In this document: positions 13,501 through 26,700 of the stretch, piece by piece
Numbering within the stretch: position 1 is the first letter of the stretch
Layout: every line of letters starts with the position of its first letter
Assembly (NCBI GenBank): GCA_040437565.1
Contig: JBDOQK010000038.1
Location: forward strand, 62,001 to 126,000
DNA: 64,000 nucleotides
Direction: 5' to 3'
Source: Albugo candida
Lineage: Eukaryota
Notes under the pieces: generated by a model
What the model was told of the DNA's origin: nothing
What the model saw: only the letters and a program-made list of their open reading frames with translations
The model's database searches: none
Translations under genes and position numbers: made by a program

Positions 13501-15940
13501 ATACGATAGGGTATTTGAGTGCCTTTATTGTAACGTCTACTCAGAGATTTTTGTTCAGCCGTGTTCGATGTGTTCAGCTCTTCGTCGTTGTAATAGTTGG
13601 CGACGAAATCTTCATTCGTTGGCCATGTGTCGCTTCCTCTAAAAAGGTCTAATAGACTTCGGCTGTCCAAAAGTGTAGCAAATGCTTTCGAAGCGTCCGA
13701 TGTGATTCGTCCACCATGTGAAGATCGTACCACGAACAGCACCTTCATACTTTAAATCTTGGTCGCAGTGAAACCACATCAAATGTACCATGTACTACTG
13801 ACGGCCTTGTAGAACTTCCAGATCTGATAGTTTAATGCTCCAATCCATCTGATGCCACATTTAGATGCTTGTTTTCATCACCAAGTGGATGTGCTCTCTC
13901 ACTCTACCATTTACCATTTCGATGGGGTGAGATGGTAAATATATCCATCGGCTTGTGCCGTCCAAAGGAAGCTGGGATAAGCTGTAAGAATTCCGTCGAA
14001 GTAGTCATCCATCCCAGGAATAATTGTCAACGTATTGGATGCGAGCTGCGGAAAAGGACCTGGATGTGTTGTAGCATCGGGAGTCCCACCAAAAAATAAC
14101 TTGTAATCCACTACCTTGTCGACGAAGATATAAAAATGTTTTGCTGAGTAGGTGAACCTGCTTTGAATCGTTTTTCTCTTTCTGAACAGAAAACACTCAA
14201 TTTACCACCCAGTTTTGAATAGTCTTTGCTGGTATGTCCACGTGCAAAGTGTGATGTACAGACGTGACAACATCATCTTCTGCGCAACCAGTAGTCGACC
14301 AGGACCCTTTGTGCACGTCGAAAGCATGCCCCAAATGCGTCGTAAAGAACGTTTGTCGAGACTTGAACTAACAATCGATTGAATAGTTGTCTGGACGAAG
14401 GGAATACCCAAATACTTGACCGATCGTTCGGACCCATCATGGTCAAATTGAGAATACAAGGATACGATACGGTTTTATTCAACGAGGGCAAGGATATTTT
14501 TCTCAAGTTGTTTTCCCCACCAGATCCATTACAAATAGCTCGAACGAGTTCAAGTTGAGTCAAATACCAATTAGTGTCTTTGAAGTAATGTCGAATATGT
14601 CCGCAAAAAAAAAAACTTCAGTTGCGACAGTCGCGCCATTAATCCAAATTTCATGCTCTTGATGTTGTCGAAGTAATTTTTTTAAAGTATCGCTCGTCAT
14701 CAGAAAAAATAATGCTGAGAGAAGATCGCCTTGTTTCACTTCAGTTGTGGTGTAATGGACGGTGTGGTATTTCCATTAATCATCAACTGCACCTTCGTGT
14801 TATTGTTCAGAAGCGAAACCAGTCGATGAAACCTTTCCCAGCGCCCGGTTTTGAAAGGGTCAATCATAAACATCCAATCTAATCGATCATTGCTCTCTCA
14901 AAGTCGAGTAAAGTCGCATGCGCTTCATCTCCAGGATGAGTTACCAGTCTTGTATGTTGATGCATCGACCGTCCTCGCACAGATACTTTTTGATCTTGAT
15001 TAAATCAATTTTGACAAGATGCGCTGCAATAGATGCACCAATACTTTTGAATTTGCTTTTACACCGACTCAAAGTCGTTCGTTCGCTCGATAGTTGACAG
15101 GATCACCTCTTGGTTCTTTTTTGTACGAGAATGTTATTGCCGAGTGAGGTTGTGATCGAAGTATTGTACCTCTTTCCACCTATAATTAAGTTTCCGGATC
15201 AAGCTGATAAAATTCAGCTTGTAGTCCATCCATACCAAGAGAAGAATCAATCCGTATGTGATAGATCTCTTCCGCCATCTTGGCCGTACTTAAGCGATTT
15301 TCGAGACGGTCTTGCTCATCTGACGCAAGGGAAACTTGAACCGACGCTAGAAGCATTTTTTTTACTTCTGTCCTATGGATTAGATGAGTCGGTTTGGAGC
15401 TATAGCGAGGTCCATGCCACCACCCCAATGATCTTAAACGTCTCAAATATTATCCCTCTGGTCCGATGTCACGGTGACCCATTTTTTGGTGACATTTTCG
15501 ATCGGCAGTCGACGACAAGAACTATCCGGACGGCGAAAAAAATGCTTGGAAGAGTGCTCCAGATACCTCACATGGTGGTCGAAATTTTGAACAAAATTTT
15601 GAATTGTATGAGAGTCTATCTGATAAAATGACGTGACTGATTGGTGTGCGATATCGAGCTGCTGTGGCTTTCCGAACACGCTGGGTAGACTCAATATCAA
15701 GTCGGCTGTCTTGTGATAACTTTTTTGGAGCTGGTTTTCTTCCAACTTTGCCACATGCAAATAGTCGTAAGGAACATTTCCAATATCTTAGCCGTGGAGA
15801 TTGAGTTGGATTTGCAGTATTTTCTTTTTCTGCCACATGATCTCCCTCATGTCGTGAACGGAAATATTTAGTCCTTGTAAACCATATTGAAAAGCTCTTC
15901 CGACACGCAAATGAAATCTAGTCGAGTCTTTCGCGGTAAT

Positions 15941-17095
15941 TGTGAAGACTTGTTGTTCACTTAGTAAATCGGGAGACTGAATTCATATAGGTACTTAGTT
16001 CGCTACCCTGTGCTACCTCTAAGCCTATCATTCTAGGTCCCTCTAGAATGTTCCTAATAAAGTCATCTTGTGACTTCATGGCCTATCTAGCATACAGTCA
16101 GCTCAGTCGTGTTGCCCGACTCGGCGGNNNNNNNNNNNNNNNNNNNNNNNNNNNNNNNNNNNNNNNNNNNNNNNNNNNNNNNNNNNNNNNNNNNNNNNNN
16201 NNNNNNNNNNNNNNNNNNNNNNNNNNNTTGCACTTGCTCCTTGTAGAGTTGAAATGCTTCATCCAACCTACCCCCATACGTCGGAAGTTTCACACCCTCT
16301 AGCTTGATTTCTGAAAGCTATTTTGATTTTTGAAATTGCTCGAGCAATTGCGCTTGTTTTTCCCTAGTTGCAACCATAAAGTATAGCAATTGTGCATGCT
16401 GATTGGAATTCATTGGGGTGGACATTGTTGAACCAATACAGTTATCAACGATTAGTTAACTCTACGTGGTTGATCTGGGGTCTTTTCTGGCTCTTGGATG
16501 CTTCTCTTGACAACCTGTGGTCCGGGTTTTAAGGAGGTTTGCGACTTGGCGGTCGGTAGTTAGCTTACGGGTACGGTTTTGTACCCTGGAGGTCCAGCAC
16601 AAGGGACTCAGATATTTTTGACCCTGTTCTTCGCGGTTTCGCGTGAGATGCGCAGGTTCACAGTCCTCTAGAATCTGACCAAGTCACTGGCGTGCGAGAT
16701 TAAGCGAGCTTTATGAGCGAGTCGGAGCGGTGGGACTTGTCCAGGTGTTTCTCGAAGCAGCAAAGAATGCGGCTGTGGCGGTAGGGACGGCGGGCACGGC
16801 GAAGACGGCGATTCTGGAAACCGTGGTGCTTCAGGGACGGCGGAGACGGCGGGGACGGCGAGGACGGCGAGGACGGAGAGGACCAACAAGTGCTACCAGA
16901 TGTGGAGACTTGTTGTTCACTTTGGTATACTGAAAGACTGAATTAGTATAGGTCCTAAGTTCGCTGCCCTGGGCTACCTCTGAGCCTATCATTCTAGGTC
17001 CCTCTAGAATGTTCCTAATGACGTCATCCTGTGACTTCATGGCCTATCTAGCATACAGTCAGCACAGTCGTGTTGCCCGACTAGGCGGCATGACA
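15941..17095 (-). mobile_element. Small LTR retroelement with ~195-bp LTRs, nested in the LINE
   Basis: Direct repeats 15941-16127 (cut by the gap) and 16901-17095 with TG...CA ends. Target-site duplication GTAAT/GTAAC. PBS-like TGGTAGCAC on the minus strand at ~16890-16898. The internal N gap hides the true length. Confidence 0.8.
16783..16880. repeat. GC-rich 9-bp tandem repeat (GGACGGCGR)n inside the LTR element
   Basis: GGGACGGCGGAGACGGCGGGGACGGCGAGGACGGCGAGGACGGAG and an upstream degenerate run are directly visible. Confidence 0.8.
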
Positions 17096-18716
17096 GTAAC
17101 GGTCCTGTAAATACTGCGGCAGTCGGATGTTGGATTGGCCAAGCGTCTACCACACTCAACTGCGAAAGCCATCCCAAACACGCTTATCGATTTGGTACAT
17201 GTCTAATTTTTCCACTCAAAGCTACGATAGCTGAATCGAGTGGTATGTTAAAGTCACCATATACGAAATATGTTGCGGCCTATTCTCAAGTGTTTAAGAG
17301 CAAGACGCAAAGCGAAATAGAGAATTTGAATGCATCGTTTGGTGACCCCCTCAGCTGTTGGATAACCAGGAAAGTCTGAAAGAAGATTGCCATAACGCCG
17401 CCACTGCGATTTTATGTTGGATGGAGAAAAGCGCTGTTGTGGTCATTGACCAACATTGGGTACTTCATTCTAAATGTAATGAAGCTGCAACGATTACTGT
17501 TGATGCTGATCTTGAAACTTCGTTTCTTCAACACAAAAAATGGAGTCATGTCATAGGACGCGGTCGCTAAATGGATGACGATTTTTATTCATTCCATTAA
17601 TACTTACCGTGAGTGCTGAGATATCGTTCCATGTTGAAATAATTGAGGAGCACTGAGCATTCACGCTGAAGTGGGCTAGCGATCAATGTTTTCTGACTAC
17701 CTTGTGGGGGATTGTAGTAGTGCAAATTATACCGGGAAATATAAAACCTTAGGGAGAGCTCGTCGAAATCATCACATTCATTATGGTGACATAGAGCAAG
17801 TCTGGAATGGCTTTAAAAGAAAAAGAAGAAAGTCCTACAGAGCAGAACTGATTCTGCTTGCATGTAAACAAAGAATTTATCTTGTCGTTTGCAAGAGTAA
17901 AGTCGTATAATATTCAGAATGATATAAGGTGCTATTCGCAAGTAAGGATCGGTCCAGGCTGTCAACAGACCCGATACAAGCATCAGGCTTTTCTTATCAT
18001 CATCCAGGCGCTTTAGAACACTATCTATCGAAACAAGAATTGTTAGACAGGGCTCGTCGTAGCGGAGGTAAGAACGAAAAGTGCGCTTCATGATCGAAGC
18101 CTTGAGCTTTTCGGTACATGAAAAAGACCTCTTTAGCGCACAGTCTTTTCTTCTCATTCTGAAATATTTGATAGCACCACTGCAAACTCACGGCTTACAT
18201 GTGCAGTGTACGATGTGAACTCTTTGAAAAGAAGTGTTTGAGACAGCAAGCTGAGCACGTGAGTTATATTTGGATGGAAATAGAGTCATCTTTAGGCACA
18301 AGATACACATGGAACATAATTCAAGAATTAAAAGTATCGCGCTGATCAGAAAGATCAAACAGCAGTGGTAAATTCGTGCTCGAATAGAGGGCTGACTCAA
18401 GTTCCTTTAACAGAACGATAAATTGGCTGATATCGGGTTGGAAGATGTTTGCATGGTATCTCGAGCGCGACAAAAAACCCAATAATACGAATGGTCTTGT
18501 ATGTACGTGTGTGAAGAGAAGATTTCTGTCAGAAAGAACCCCGAATTCATTCTTTACAATATTGACTGTGTGGCTCATGTCTGTGTGGATTTTCGGATCA
18601 TCAGAATCTCAAGCCGCTTTACTAGACACAAGAAAGGTACTGAAGACAAAGTAATCTCGTATACATATGGATCCCCATGAAGAATTCCATCGCACCCTGA
18701 TGGGAGTAGTGACTAC

Positions 18717-19351
18717 TTGTGGTGATTGTGGCGCTCAGGCAATGAGCGGAATGCAGATAAATTGAAGACCCATCACAGGTAAAGTCCGACATCATCTGAA
18801 CGGCTGTTTTGGTGACAACGTGACAGATGGGACGAAGAGGGACGGTCACCACGTGGCACCAGACGGACGTCATGTGAAACGTGACATAGTCATGTTTGTA
18901 ATGCCGTTGCACATGCATGTTGTAGTGTTAATGTAGAAGGTTAATGCTAAATATATTTACTTTTACTTCTACCTCTATTGCAACAAGTGCAATTCTAAAA
19001 CTTTCAACATAAATGTCATCAATAAGTCGGTGTGAATGGTTATTTACAGCTGTCTGCTCCCAGCTGCAGTCAACAGCAGTCTCCTATCCGTTGATTGAGG
19101 TGAGGTAGTAGCTCAACACTCGTATATCGGGAACTGTAAAGTTGTTTCAAATGAGCGCAGAATTCGAGCTAAAAACAAACATATTTAAAACGACAGGTAT
19201 CAAATTGTTATAAAATTACAAGTCTTTCTTAAGCCAATACCTCATAGAGAGATAAAACATAGCCAGAAATTATGCAATCACGCGGTGTACCATGTTGAGG
19301 AGGTACGTCAAATTTTGTCGATTTTCTGGTGCGCGCAAAGCACTGCAATTA
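18717..19351. mobile_element. 635-bp insertion, possible decayed solo LTR
   Basis: Absent from the paralogous site at ~7066-7085. Flanked by the direct repeat GACTAC (18711-18716, 19352-19357). Near-terminal TGTGGTG...CACTGCA. Confidence 0.45.
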
Positions 19352-19881
19352 GACTACGTCGCATGTTTTTAAATTCGTTAGATCACATTCACGAATGTGT
19401 AGTATTACTTTTAAACATTATTGTACAAACTCATCATGTATCAGATCTTCTAGGAGCTGTTGTTTTACTCACTTCAACGCTGGAGCTCCATTCATCTGTG
19501 CAGCCTGTAACATAATACGGAATCAAAGCTCAGAGGTACGTAAGAAGTTTCGTTCGGCATTCCATTCCAAATGTTTACGCAGAAACTGACTGCGTCAACA
19601 ATACAATCGCACAACTTTGCTCCACGGCCATTGGTCGTTTATCCCTTGCACCTGGTCCGTCACCCCTAAAGATACAATGATTCATCATACACTCCCGATT
19701 TCTCATATGTAAGGGTTTCTGGCCCACTTTAGCTTTGTGTGGTGTAGCGGAGCCAATGAGTTGGAACTCATTTTCAAATTTATCATTTACAACAACAATG
19801 CTGGGTGCACAGAGATTCGTTTGCCTTTATGTGGCATTCCATTATGCTAATGCATCTTTCTACCTCCATCTCCCAATTCTA

Positions 19882-20160
19882 CCTCTACAGCCGAACAATA
19901 GAGCTTCGTACAAGTTAATGGTACCGACAGGAGAAAAGACAGGTGAAAATTCTATCAACCCCAATTGGTTTCGAATGACTAAGAAGAACGCAAGGACATA
20001 TACAGTAATAGTGTGAGACTATTATATGTGTGAGACTATTATATGTCCTTGCGTTCTTCTTAGTCATTCGAAACCGATTGGGATTGATAGAATTTTCACC
20101 TGTATTTTCTCCTGTCGGTACCATTAACTTGTACGAAGCTCTATTGTTCGGCTGTAGAGG
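19882..20160. repeat. Near-perfect inverted repeat: 121-bp arms, 37-bp spacer
   Basis: Arms 19882-20002 and 20040-20160 are reverse complements, with 3 mismatches by eye. The spacer carries a 17-bp tandem duplication GTGTGAGACTATTATAT. Confidence 0.95.
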
Positions 20161-20788
20161 CTAAACTGGAATTGTACGAGCACGTACGGCTCAACCTTGA
20201 ACTTATCAAGAGTGTCTTGCATAGCATGGAAGGTTCAGGTATCCTAATCACTTTGACTGGCGAACCTGCGGGTGCGACAAAATGTTCATCAATCCACGAC
20301 TTCGAAAAAAAAAGGAATCCAGCGTATTGTACCATATCGACGTTTTTCGGGAGGAATCCAAGGAGGTTGTATACATCACGGAAGGTTCAAACGTCTTTTT
20401 TCACTTTGTACACGCTCACCACTATATCCCACATACGCATTATAATGCTATACTAAACAAAATCCCTGGAATATCGGATCCAGCCACTGATTAATTTCCC
20501 TGTCTTATGTTGAAAAGCTTAAATTTGCCGACATTCAAGTTCAGCCATAATGGAGATATGGAAGCCTTCAAGTTCATCGACGAGGGAGAAGGAGGTGAGA
20601 CTGCATTTACACTTTCGGAGTCAAATTACATTCTCAGGGGAAGCGAAAACATGAATTGCTATTTGGCCATTCAACCCATTAGAAGCAACAATTGGATCCT
20701 TGGTGCCTCGCTTGCCGTGACTCACCCGATACTGTTCCAGAAAGATTTCCAAAAAGAGTATGTATTTGGCTTTCCAGAAATTGCATAA
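20040..20788 (+). pseudogene. Truncated pepsin-family (A1) aspartic-protease-like fragment
   Basis: C-terminal lobe signature LPTFKF...FTLSESNYIL...CYLAIQP...WILGASL...FGF (20507-20788), with upstream YIPHTHYNAILNKI and LLFGC in broken frames. No N-terminal lobe or intact D(T/S)G motif seen. Confidence 0.7.
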
Positions 20789-23700
20789 TTTGTCTATCAT
20801 TCTGTTCCCACTTCAATAAATGATAAATGAGATTTGACCTTCCTTCCTTGGCGCTTGCAGTAGGATATATTTTCTTGTGTATCCACACCTTAGTCGAGCA
20901 ATAGGAATATGCTAACGCTGGACTGCAGACTGCTTTGTATTACTTCAAAGCCAAATAGGTTATCGTTTCTCACTCCCAATGTGATTGATCATTCTTATCT
21001 GTCCTCCGTCATCATATACATTCAGTAGATGTGATAATATACATTACCGTAATCGGGTCATCTGACCAGTCTCATCATAGGAAGATACAATCGGAGCGCT
21101 GGACAGAATGTGATCCTTTTTTGTATTTGATTAATTTGACATGCCAATCATCAAAAGTTTCTACACGCGTTCTTACTGTTGGCGTTAGACAATTATCGGT
21201 CTGGCTTCGACAGTGATGAACGTGAAAGAGCATATAGTAATGGCCAAATAGAAGCAGTTTGTTCCCGAACATTAGATTGCCTTGCATCAGATGAAGTGCA
21301 CATGGTTGGATCGCACACGGCTTAAGATTCGAAACGCAAATGTAGCAATGCAATAGTGAGTAGCTGGACGTTGATATCGATGTAATTTTGGTTCCAGTTC
21401 TCTGTAGCTTGNNNNNNNNNNNNNNNNNNNNNNNNNNNNNNNNNNNNNNNNNNNNNNNNNNNNNNNNNNNNNNNNNNNNNNNNNNNNNNNNNNNNNNNNN
21501 NNNNNNNNNNNTATTACTTCAAAGCCAAATAGGTTATCGTTTCTCACTCCCAATGTGATTGATCATTCTTATCTGTCCTCCGTCATCATATACATTCAGT
21601 AGATGTGATAATATACATTACCGTAATCGGGTCATCTGACCAGTCTCATCATAGGAAGATACAATCGGAGCGCTGGACAGAATGTGATCCTTTTTTGTAT
21701 TTGATTAATTTGACATGCCAATCATCAAAAGTTTCTACACGCGTTCTTACTGTTGGCGTTAGACAATTATCGGTCTGGCTTCGACAGTGATGAACGTGAA
21801 AGAGCATATAGTAATGGCCAAATAGAAGCAGTTTGTTCCCGAACATTAGATTGCCTTGCATCAGATGAAGTGCACATGGTTGGATCGCACACGGCTTAAG
21901 ATTCGAAACGCAAATGTAGCAATGCAATAGTGAGTAGCTGGACGTTGATATCGATGTAATTTTGGTTCCAGTTCTCTGTAGCTTGATCAAAATACGCACA
22001 AAGGCGGGGTTTGAAAGCATACCGAACCGACTGCAAGTTGGAAGATTCCAGTAAGAGATGACTTCAAAAAGTCATATTAGAATATCGAGATCAATCTTGA
22101 AGAAGAATGGAGATCCTTGCCGAACGCATGAGGTCCGTTATGCGAATACACTGAGAGGTCATGAAAATGTGAGAATCGACTCACGAGTTTGACAAGCATT
22201 CAGTTTTGCGGCTTTTAAAGGCTTTTTCGTTCAAATTTTGGAACGATTGTATATCACCATTCTATCAGCTTCATGTTCCTTAAAGGTTTGAATGATCTCA
22301 ACGATGACATTGATAAGTAAATCTGTACCAAGTTCATTACGATTGATCGACATCTCGTATAATGCATGATGTGAAGGGGTTGGCGCGTATTCTGTTCATC
22401 CATCGACTGCATAGATCTACCCCGGGATAGCTGAGTCAAAATGCAGCAACTATATCAAAATTGGTCGCCTCTGGAGCCGCATGCTTTGTTTAGAACAGAA
22501 ATACTTGATCGCATCGTTCTTCTTTAGTGCATAAGTGTAAATCTAATATTATTCTCATCATACATCCAAAGTGAACTGGTCTCGGTGCATATTGGAACAA
22601 ATCAACTTCTTATTTGCTTACTGGAAATGCGCGCAAATCTTCGTGACCGGTTGTTGAGGGTTCCATCTGAACAATGAAGGAAAAGAGCTTCCGAATAAAT
22701 TGAGGTGAAGACTGGAAGTATTTACTTCATCCCGATAGAAATATTTTGTACACGATCTGAAAGAGATCTTTAGTGAGTGTTTGCGTATGGGGATGGAGAA
22801 AGTCATCACGTATGAGATTTCGATCATGGAGACCAATAATTTCTGGACTCGTAATATGGAAATGAAATGAAGATAGTACTACATCCAACCTATCCGCACG
22901 CACTTACAAAAGGATTCTAGTACAAGACAGAATCGAACGCTTACTCCATATGTAGCCTCGGTGATATAAAATTTTCATTCTCCTCTCGACGTCACACTTT
23001 CTAGCGAAAGATTCCAAAGTGCTCATCATGGTGCTCAATTACCCTTTCTGTTCGTATTGAACGATGTTTTGCCTGATAGATGGTTCTTACTGTGGAGTGC
23101 CTGTTCGATCTTACAGAATCGTGTTTTATCTGCGTTATGATCCTTGTCTATAGACTATCCTTCTCAATGCAGAACTCCTTCACGTGATACTTCAACTTGA
23201 AGCACCGACACGCACACTGTGAGTCTGACACTTCATTTATAAACATAGAGTTCAATCAAATGTCAATAGCTTTTTGACTCAGGGTATTGCCGATTTTCGC
23301 CCGTATCGAAATATATAAAGAATTGCATCTGCAATATTAGCGCTTTAGAGATGAACGGCATCCGCGCTGTGGGAATCCGATACTAAGGACTCCCGCCTAA
23401 CTTCATTAATGCAATCGTAATATGGAGACCGCAAATTGCCCACACAAGTGTTTGAGGGTTCAGTACCGTAGTTTCTTGGGACCTAATAGTTCAAAGGAGC
23501 CATTTGAAGCCAGCCGACTGATGGTACATGTGACGAGATTTTGTCAGAGTTGAAAATGAGTAATATTGGCCGATAATCAAATAGTTCTTCCGTTGGAAGC
23601 GCGCTTTACAACGTACAATGAAGATGTTATTTCCAAGAAGCGATGTCTATATAGCAGCTAGTCTTGTGAACGAAATTCAGAATGTTATCCCATCCATCCC

Positions 23701-26700
23701 ATCAAACAAAAAGACATACACTGCGTTGACATTTTACCAAGTTCATATATACGCGACAAAGTAGTCGATGACGTCACCGACACTTTTCAACTGTGGCGAT
23801 GGTGACATTTATCATTGCTTTGTGTTGCTCACGCAAACAATATTGTCTCCCTGATTTGGGATATACATAAGGTTCATGAAGAAATGCACGTTGGCGAGTG
23901 TCTAGTGTAGTAACTTGTTTAGGGTTTAATTGTGATGACAAGGGACATACTTCGCCTGGCACGCACAATCGTAGCTACTAATAACCCGATAGATTTGTCC
24001 ATAAAATAGCTTCAAGTTTTATCTCTTTGCAATCTTCAAGACATCAGAACGAGTTCCATTGTATCCAGAAAACGTCATTCATCTGCGTGGATAAAAAGGA
24101 AAATGATATAGAAAATATCACACATGCAAGAAACATGAAAAACCGACTAGCTTTGGAAGTTCAAAATCAAAAGCTGTTCGAAATGTTGCTCCCTTCCTCA
24201 CTCTTCTTCAACAAGACAACGAGCATAATAAAACATTTCAATTCGGGCTCGACGTGAGCATTTTTCGATGCTGTATCTTCCCAAAGAAATCCGGTTACAG
24301 TATTCACTTCCTTTTCGATGACTTATTTGCTATATTTTGACCTTTGTCTATTCTTTAAAAAAAATTTTGTTTGAGCAGAGCCGATCCTTCACTTATATGT
24401 ATGCAATCATATATTTAAACTGAATACACTTTAGAGATGACAGTGCCTATCTTACGGGTTCAACAATACCGTATATTATTCGGCGCGAGTTCATCAGAAG
24501 CAGCAACTGGTATAGCAAGCTGATGAGATAAGCAAGTGTACTTTAACAGAAATGACTGACTGTTTTTCATCCAACATGCAGAAGCTAAACTGCGAGCTTA
24601 TGGATACAAGTCAATTTGAATGTAGTGAAGACTGCTAGGCTACACCTCAGATAGTATACGAATTTATTAAATACATATATTTGATCAATCCGTATGCGTT
24701 TGCTCGATCTGTACTAGTCGTGTCTATCCTGAGAGATTGGGTGGCCAGGAGAATCTAGCACGGAATATGCTCTCAGTCTCTTTATAACAATACATGAGAA
24801 ACTGCGTAGTGTACAAGCTATCCGGCATTGAATTGACCAGATGTTTCGCTCTCAAAAGCGAAGCTTCAATGATATCACCGGTATGACTTTCATTCAACAG
24901 AAGCGAACAGAGTTCGATCATTTTGTACCAAATTACGATTATCAAAATTTAAAGTCGTCAAATTCCTCTCCACTCCAGGAAGTTTACCATATGTTATAAG
25001 CACTCGATGTGACGTGCAAAGAAAATAGGACTTGAATGTAATGCAAACAAGGCCCCGGCATGCACCGTTTAGTTTGCTCGTCTATAACGTTTAAGAAGGG
25101 TTTTCGGGACACGCATCAATCGTGCATGAAAATGTGTACAAGCTTGTATCAAATGGAATTACTAAAAGCTAATTCATAGGAAGATCTGGTCTTTTCTCCA
25201 AGAAACAAGATGGAAAGAGATGAGAAAGAAACAATATTTTAGATCTCCCGGAATGAGTTAGTTTCTTTTGGAAATCTCAAGAAACCCACATAACGCTACG
25301 TCCTATCCTGAAAAAATAGTTTTCTTACACACAGAAATGTAAATATAGACAGCAAAGTAGCGCGTCTCCTCTACCCGTGTTGAGGTCGCTTGTATCTGAA
25401 CAGCAGCACTGCTTGTAAGAACTGTTTATGCATGCGTTAAGTTACTATCAGAACTAAAACGTCCCCATTTATCCTTTCGTTACTCAAAATTGGTCAAGAA
25501 GCCAGCAATGGAATCTTTTGCGATACAATTTTGAATCCAGTCACAGATCAAAATTTCCGCGAAGAGCCCGTATAAAATGATTAGATATCAAATACTGGTA
25601 GCTTCGATCTTCTGTAGGGTATGATGAATACGCACTTGGACTGGCCTTGGTTCCTCACGCGGGATGGTAACCATTTGGATCGCAGGCTATCGAGCTTTTC
25701 TGAGAAAAGACTACGGGAAGATCAAGTGCATTTGCTGTTTGGGAGTGAAGATTCCGTTGAATATTTGATTAAATATCACATATATGCACATAGCATTCGA
25801 CGGAATTACGCTTTATTCCCTTTCTTTCAAAAACAACATGATGGAAGAGGGATATGAGATTATTTCGCATTTGGAACGATAAGTAAACGGTATCCCCATA
25901 TGTTTACTTGAGCGAGTAGTAGAAGGACAACAAGGAACGACGACAGTGAAATCCAAGCAGTCCTGTCAGTCTTGTTGAAAAAGAAGATGCTTTTTATGTA
26001 AGATTGAGAAAATGTGATAGAATGATACAAATTATACCAAAGAACCGCCTCATTTTGCAGACGTTTGTAAAGTATGACGAATGCGGAGGAGAGATAACTG
26101 CGTGCTAGTTCCTCAAGTTGAAAATGGGCAGCTCGAGGTCAAACAGCAAGCACAGCAGCTCGAAGGCTAAGATCCTATTTAATACTACCAAGTGCAGAAA
26201 CAGGAGGATATGAATCAGCTTTCTGGGTACCGTTCACTTGTTTTTTACATGAAATGGAACTTGTTTAAACGGATGAAAAAATGCCCTTTCACAGAATCAC
26301 CACAATAGTTGCAACGAACCTGTCATGTCCAATCGTACAAAGTGGTTCCAAAGACCAAATTGATCAGGAAAAATGATTTATGGAAATATTTTGAGCTGCT
26401 CGCATCATACCGAATAGCTGCACGGTATGATCGACCGCTTTTATGAAACTAACGTTCATATTGGCCAAAACATCGAATCCAATTATCCACTCATCAGCAC
26501 CTATATACCCAAACGATAGCCAATTGGATAAAATGACTTAGTTTTTAACCACTCGTCACTCTCCATTCGCTTGGTGCATCTCATGCGTGCTTTATAGTCG
26601 TTCACTACTGCCAACTGTTCGTTTGACTAAATAAACAGGATTGATGCACCGTCGCAAATTTCTGATCAGCTTGCACCCCTACTTTCTCTGTGCTCTAATT

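Larger units (their letters stand above)
12700..17200 (-). mobile_element. Decayed L1/Tx1-like LINE (endonuclease + RT), interrupted by an LTR element
   Basis: RT motifs SSLGMDGLQAEFYQ and VKYLGIPF. Endonuclease motifs VVDAWPIQHPTAAVFTGP (~17100-17155) and KTRLDFI (~15910-15930) lie on either side of the 15941-17095 insert. Paralogous to 2850-5900. Confidence 0.8.

Noticed and set aside
16668-17040. Arg/Pro/Ala-rich ORFs (RRRRRGRRGRR)
   Set aside because: Translations of the 9-bp GC-rich repeat within the LTR element.
20938-21985. Exact 474-bp direct repeat with duplicated small ORFs
   Set aside because: Flanks the 21412-21511 gap; assembly overlap artefact.
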